Assembly (NCBI GenBank): GCA_905214825.1
Contig: CAJMNV010000059.1
Span: forward strand, 1-11,573
Reading direction: 5' to 3'
DNA from: an uncultured bacterium
GTDB taxonomy: Bacteria; Bacillota; Clostridia; Lachnospirales; Anaerotignaceae
DNA length: 11,573 nt
Shown here piece by piece: positions 7,985 to 11,573 of the stretch. Under the pieces are notes generated by a model, which worked only from the letters and a program-made list of their open reading frames with translations, ran no database searches and had not been told where the DNA came from. Each line of letters starts with the position of its first letter. Within the stretch, counting starts at the first letter, position 1. The translations under genes were made by a program, and so were the position numbers.

Positions 7985-8902
7985 TTAACCTTCCTTTGGA
8001 AAATACAATGTTGTCCATTTTCGTTCTTCACCCAATATGGTATTGGGGAATATATCTATTGCATTTTGTAAATATTCTTCAGGGTCATGCAAAGCTGGGC
8101 TGAAATGTGTCAGCCATAATTCTTGTGCATTTGCTTCTTTTGCCAATGTTGCTGCTTCTGAAAACAACATATGTTTATGTTCTATGGCTTTTTGTTTTTT
8201 ATCTTCTTCGCCATACATACCCTCACAAATAAATAACTGCACATCTTTTACAAATGGTATCAAACGGTCAACCGGACGGCTGTCTGTGCAATATGCCATG
8301 GCAATGCCTGCACGTTCTTCTCCCAAAACCATATCTGCGGTATATGTTTGTCCTGCATATTCTGCAACGCCTTCTTTCTGCAGTTTGCCCCACAAAGGTT
8401 TTGGCAATCCCAATGCCTCTGCTTTTTTTGCATCAAATTTGCCTTGTCGTTTGACATCAATGCGATAAGCAAAACATTTTACCATATGTTCCACAGGGCA
8501 ATAGGAAATCAAAAAATCACCCAACTGCACTGGGGATTGTGTATCTTTGTCTAATTCCACATATTCTATGGAAAAAGGCAATTCTGGTGCAATCCGTCGC
8601 AAACCTTCCACAATATGACGCAGACCCATAGGCCCCACCAATGTCAAAGGCTCTGTTCTACCAGCATTACCAATAGTCAGCAACAACCCCGGTAACCCAG
8701 AAATATGGTCTGCATGAAAATGTGTAAAACAAATAACATCAATGGCTTTGAAACCCCAGCCCAATGTTTTCATTGTCACTTGTGTACCTTCTCCACAATC
8801 TATCAATAGCATATGCCCGTTGAGTCTTGCCAGCATGGCTGTCAAAAAACGACTTGGCATAGGCATCATACCGCCTGTACCCAGCAAGCAAATATCCAAC
8901 AT
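7985..8902 (-). CDS. rnz: Ribonuclease Z (tRNA 3'-end endonuclease), metallo-beta-lactamase fold
   Basis: 305 aa. MLDICLLGTGGMMP start, HxHxDH zinc motif (FTHFHADHISGLPGLL), and a typical short-form RNase Z length and C-terminal LTHFS motif. An AGGAGA RBS (complement of 8909-8914) precedes the ATG. Confidence 0.85.
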   Translation of the reverse strand: MLDICLLGTGGMMPMPSRFLTAMLARLNGHMLLIDCGEGTQVTMKTLGWGFKAIDVICFTHFHADHISGLPGLLLTIGNAGRTEPLTLVGPMGLRHIVEGLRRIAPELPFSIEYVELDKDTQSPVQLGDFLISYCPVEHMVKCFAYRIDVKRQGKFDAKKAEALGLPKPLWGKLQKEGVAEYAGQTYTADMVLGEERAGIAMAYCTDSRPVDRLIPFVKDVQLFICEGMYGEEDKKQKAIEHKHMLFSEAATLAKEANAQELWLTHFSPALHDPEEYLQNAIDIFPNTILGEERKWTTLYFPKEG

Positions 8903-9014
8903 AATATTATATCTCCTTTATCATTCTTTTGTTCCATCATTTATTAAAATTCTTATGTCCTATGATACCGCAAAACATTTGAAAATACAACTCTTTCCGT
9001 TTTTTTGCATCCAT

Positions 9015-9070
9015 CAAATAAAAAGAGGTGTATGCATTGATTTTTTTCAAAGCATACGCCTCTTTGTTGT
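9015..9070 (-). terminator. Rho-independent terminator downstream of the secreted-protein gene; a hairpin also forms on the plus strand
   Basis: 12-bp inverted repeat AGAGGTGTATGC (9024-9035) / GCATACGCCTCT (9053-9064). Read on the minus strand it is followed by TTTTTATTTGATGG, with one A·C mismatch in the stem. Read on the plus strand the stem has a G·U wobble and is followed by TTGTTGTTTTTT. Confidence 0.5.
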
Positions 9071-9076
9071 TTTTTA

Positions 9077-9955
9077 TCATTTCACCAAAAATTCACAATA
9101 TGCTACATAAGTGGTTTGTGTACCTTTTTCAAATGCAGGACTGCTGTCCAATGTGAAAAAGTCTTTTTGTTCTCCGTCACCTTGTTCATAGTGATATGGC
9201 ACAACCACACGATATTTGCCACGTGGCATAGATTTTTCCCACTGCCACAATGTTAATTTCTTTTCTCTTTTGCCATCTGTGGGGCCGCCTGTTGGAATGC
9301 CATAAGTGTCGGTATTTGGTGTGAATGGCTCATCTGGTGCAACAATCTCCCATGTTTTTCCATTCCACTTTTCCAATGCAAAACCTTCTGTTGCATAGAA
9401 CCCTTCTGTTTCATTGTTTTGCCATTCCAATAAAATGCTCATGTTTTCTCTGTCAAATTCATCTTTTTGTGTCAACTGCACATTTGGTAAATGGGTAGAT
9501 TTCAAATCCACATAATCTGTATTTCCATCTGTATGCCAAACAACCTCCAAATTCATAGCTTCCGCCAATGCACGAAAAGGCAGATAGGCTCTATCCTTGA
9601 CAATCAAAGGTTTTGCATCTAACAAAAGTTCATGCCGATCCAGCAATTTCAAATATTCGCTGTCCAATCCCATGGAAACCTTCCAAACCAACGGTTGTTG
9701 GTTGGTATCCCAAACGGTTGCCATTCTTTTTTCCACAATCGCTGTTCTGGTATCTGTATCATAAGTAATATTTGCATGCAAAACATTTGCCATATCTCTG
9801 ACAGGCAACATCATGCGGTCATTTTCATACACAACTTCTTGTTTCAATGTCACAGGTTTTTCGTCCAGTGTGATAACGACTTGTTTTTGTGCTGCATATG
9901 TGGCACTTGCACACCCCAAACAAAGCAATATCGCAAACAATGTTGTTTTACGCAA
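9077..9955 (-). CDS. Secreted protein: Sec signal peptide, copper-amine-oxidase-N-terminal-like (stalk) domain, and a C-terminal domain of unknown function
   Basis: TTG start (complement of 9953-9955) sits 7 nt after AGGAGG. The N-terminus MRKTTLFAILLCLGCASA|TYAAQ has a hydrophobic core and an AxA cleavage site. Residues about 40-150 (MLPVRDMANVLHANITYDTDTRTAIV ... DRAYLPFRALAEAMNLEVVW) match the two half-repeats of Cu_amine_oxidN1-type domains. The C-terminal about 140 aa are unassigned. Confidence 0.65.
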   Translation of the reverse strand: MRKTTLFAILLCLGCASATYAAQKQVVITLDEKPVTLKQEVVYENDRMMLPVRDMANVLHANITYDTDTRTAIVEKRMATVWDTNQQPLVWKVSMGLDSEYLKLLDRHELLLDAKPLIVKDRAYLPFRALAEAMNLEVVWHTDGNTDYVDLKSTHLPNVQLTQKDEFDRENMSILLEWQNNETEGFYATEGFALEKWNGKTWEIVAPDEPFTPNTDTYGIPTGGPTDGKREKKLTLWQWEKSMPRGKYRVVVPYHYEQGDGEQKDFFTLDSSPAFEKGTQTTYVAYCEFLVK

Positions 9956-10118
9956 TGCAATTCCTCCTTTTTTGATTGATTTGGTTCAGTATAACATTGT
10001 TTTTTTTGTGTTTTATTATAAAATTCTTAAATTTTTCTTACTTTTCTTTCATTTTATCAAACGAAAGTGCATTTTCTTTCCATCACCAAAAAAATATTGA
10101 AAAAAAAATTGATTTTTC

Positions 10119-10147
10119 TTGCAAAACAGAAAGTTTTCTGCTAGAAT
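10119..10147 (+). promoter_or_regulatory. Sigma-A promoter of rpmB: TTGCAA, 17-nt spacer, TAGAAT, with an A-tract UP-like element upstream
   Basis: -35 TTGCAA at 10119-10124, an exactly 17-nt spacer, and -10 TAGAAT at 10142-10147. An A-rich tract at 10087-10117 lies immediately upstream. The leader is about 40 nt to the AAGGAGG RBS. Confidence 0.55.
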
Positions 10148-10190
10148 AACTTTGTTATGTCACATACAAGCAGTTAAGGAGGTGCGAGCA

Positions 10191-10394
10191 ATGGCTAGAT
10201 GTGAAATTTGTGAAAAAGGCCAAATCAGAGGTCATAGAATTAGCATTAACCGTAGTCAGGTTAGTAGACGTGCGAACAGAAAATGGAAACCCAACGTGAA
10301 AAAAATCAAAATCGTAGAAAATAACGGCAACGTAAAATCTATCTACATTTGCACAAGATGTTTGCGTGCAAATAAAGTGACTCGTGCAATCTAA
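10191..10394 (+). CDS. rpmB: 50S ribosomal protein L28, zinc-ribbon (C+) form
   Basis: 67 aa, MARCEICEKG...SQVSRRANRKWKPNVKKIKI...YICTRCLRANKV. It has two CxxC pairs and a basic, L28-like length and composition. AAGGAGG (10176-10182) lies 8 nt before ATG 10191. The ORF-track start at 10119 lies inside the promoter and is unlikely. Confidence 0.85.
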   Translation: MARCEICEKGQIRGHRISINRSQVSRRANRKWKPNVKKIKIVENNGNVKSIYICTRCLRANKVTRAI

Positions 10395-10404
10395 TTTTCT
10401 ATAT

Positions 10405-10444
10405 AAAAAAGTCTTTCTTTGTAGAAAGACTTTTTTTGTTGTTT
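10405..10444. terminator. Bidirectional rho-independent terminator shared by rpmB (+) and proA (-)
   Basis: Stem GTCTTTCT (10411-10418) / AGAAAGAC (10423-10430) with a 4-nt loop. It is flanked by A5-6 upstream and T7GTTGTTT downstream, so it is symmetric and works on both strands. The proA stop codon lies inside the T-run. Confidence 0.7.
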
Positions 10445-11573
10445 AAATACGGATTTGCCCATCACCATATATCATATACTTTGTTGTGGTCAATGCTTCT
10501 AACCCCATAGGGCCTCTTGCGTGCAATTTTTGTGTGCTGATACCAATTTCTGCCCCCAGTCCAAATTGTCCACCATCTGTAAATCTTGTGGACGCATTGA
10601 CATATACTGCTGCCGCATCCACTTGTTGCAAAAAGCGTTCTGCATGTTCTTTGTTTTCTGTCACAATGGCTTCGGAATGGCCTGTGGAATATTTACGGAT
10701 ATGTGCGATAGCTTCATCAACATTTTTCACCACTTTTGCAGAAATGATATAATCTGCATATTCTGTTTCCCAATCTTGTGGTGTTGCCTGCACAGCACCT
10801 GCCACTTTTTCACAAACCGTTGCATCACCTCTGATTTCGACTTGTTTTTGTTGCAACGCTTCCCCAATCATAGGCAAAAAGCTATCTTGCAAGCTTTCAT
10901 GTATCAAAAGGCTTTCACAAGCATTACAAACCCCCGGACGCTGTGTTTTGGCATTCAGTACAATGGGAATTGCTTTTTCCAAATCTGCACTTTCGTCTAC
11001 ATAAATATGACAATTTCCCACACCTGTCTGTATCACAGGTACAGTACTATTTTGTACAACCGTTTGTATCAATCCTGCACCGCCTCTTGGAATGAGTAAA
11101 TCCAAATAGTCTTGCAAACGCATCATTTCGTTTGCACTTTCTCTGGAAGTATCTTGCACAATCTGCACTACCGCTTTTGGCAAATCCATTTCTGCCAATA
11201 CATTTTGGAATATCGCAACAATGGCTTTATTTGTGGCAATGGCTTCTTTACCACCTCTCAAAAGTACCGCACTTCCTGCTTTAAAACACAAACCAAATGC
11301 ATCTGCGGTAACATTGGGTCTTGCTTCAAATATAATCCCAATAACACCCATAGGCACAGACATTTGTTTGATCACAAGCCCATTTTCTAATGTATTGATA
11401 GAATGCAATTTGCCAACAGGGTCTACCAATGTTGCCACTTCCCGCAAACCATTTGCCATTTCTTCTAAACGTTTTTCATTCAATGTCAATCTATCAATAA
11501 ACGCCCCTTTGATACCTGCTGCCACTGCTGCTGCAACATCTTTTTCATTTTCTGCCAATATGGTTTGTTTATC
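10443..11573 (-). CDS. proA: Glutamate-5-semialdehyde dehydrogenase (gamma-glutamyl phosphate reductase); the N-terminus lies beyond the window edge
   Basis: A reading frame of more than 376 aa, open to the window end. Motifs LIPRGGAGLI, the catalytic Cys in GVCNACESLLIH, HSTGHSEAIVT and VYVNASTRFTDGGQFGLGAEIGIST are characteristic of ProA. The listed Met at 11558 is internal, and the true start is about 40 codons further on. Confidence 0.9.
   Translation of the reverse strand, partial: DKQTILAENEKDVAAAVAAGIKGAFIDRLTLNEKRLEEMANGLREVATLVDPVGKLHSINTLENGLVIKQMSVPMGVIGIIFEARPNVTADAFGLCFKAGSAVLLRGGKEAIATNKAIVAIFQNVLAEMDLPKAVVQIVQDTSRESANEMMRLQDYLDLLIPRGGAGLIQTVVQNSTVPVIQTGVGNCHIYVDESADLEKAIPIVLNAKTQRPGVCNACESLLIHESLQDSFLPMIGEALQQKQVEIRGDATVCEKVAGAVQATPQDWETEYADYIISAKVVKNVDEAIAHIRKYSTGHSEAIVTENKEHAERFLQQVDAAAVYVNASTRFTDGGQFGLGAEIGISTQKLHARGPMGLEALTTTKYMIYGDGQIRI

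Noticed and set aside
8742-9110. 122-aa plus-strand ORF spanning the rnz 5' end and the rnz upstream region
   Set aside because: It overlaps the rnz start and terminator hairpin and has no RBS. The hydrophobic translation is consistent with reading AT-rich intergenic DNA.
9896-9955. Lipoprotein lipobox in the secreted protein signal peptide (LLCLGC)
   Set aside because: The residues before the Cys do not fit L-[AS]-[GA]-C. An AxA (ASA) signal peptidase I site follows instead, so it is called a secreted rather than a lipid-anchored protein.
10119-10190. Upstream extension of rpmB to ATG 10119 (MQNRKFSARITLLCHIQAVKEVRA...)
   Set aside because: The extension would start exactly at the -35 hexamer. 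The canonical MARCE.. start has a perfect AAGGAGG 8 nt upstream and gives a normal 67-aa L28.
1-11573. CRISPR arrays, IS/transposon ends, integrase or phage genes, tRNA/rRNA genes
   Set aside because: No tandemly spaced direct repeats of 25-40 bp, no terminal inverted repeats flanking any gene, no recombinase-like ORF, and no sequence with tRNA cloverleaf potential were seen. The window looks like chromosomal backbone.

Overview
The window is a low-GC (about 35-40%) Firmicutes/Bacillota-type chromosomal segment made mostly of core housekeeping genes in short, tightly packed transcription units. I found no tRNA, rRNA, CRISPR array or mobile element. Gene order, left to right: a C-terminal fragment of an unidentified upstream gene, then ybaK (Cys-tRNA(Pro) deacylase), convergent with a two-gene minus-strand unit made of an EFR1-type flavodoxin/2x[4Fe-4S] ferredoxin and an AT-rich orphan gene. 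Next is a plus-strand unit of a small 5-TM membrane protein, pdp (pyrimidine-nucleoside phosphorylase) and deoB (phosphopentomutase). A minus-strand run follows: rnz (RNase Z), tsaD (t6A synthase), pspA (PspA/IM30) and a YdjI-like SPFH protein with a duplicated C-terminal zinc ribbon. Then come a secreted protein with a copper-amine-oxidase-N-terminal-like domain, rpmB (L28, Zn-ribbon form) with a clear sigma-A promoter, and the 3' part of proA (truncated at the window edge). Three convergent gene pairs share bidirectional rho-independent terminators. The most interesting elements are the minimal pspA/SPFH membrane-stress module with an apparent own promoter nested in the tsaD 3' end, the unannotatable AT-rich orphan, and the small membrane protein fused onto the nucleoside-catabolism operon. 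All homology statements come from reading the translated ORFs and recalling known families. None has been checked by a database search.
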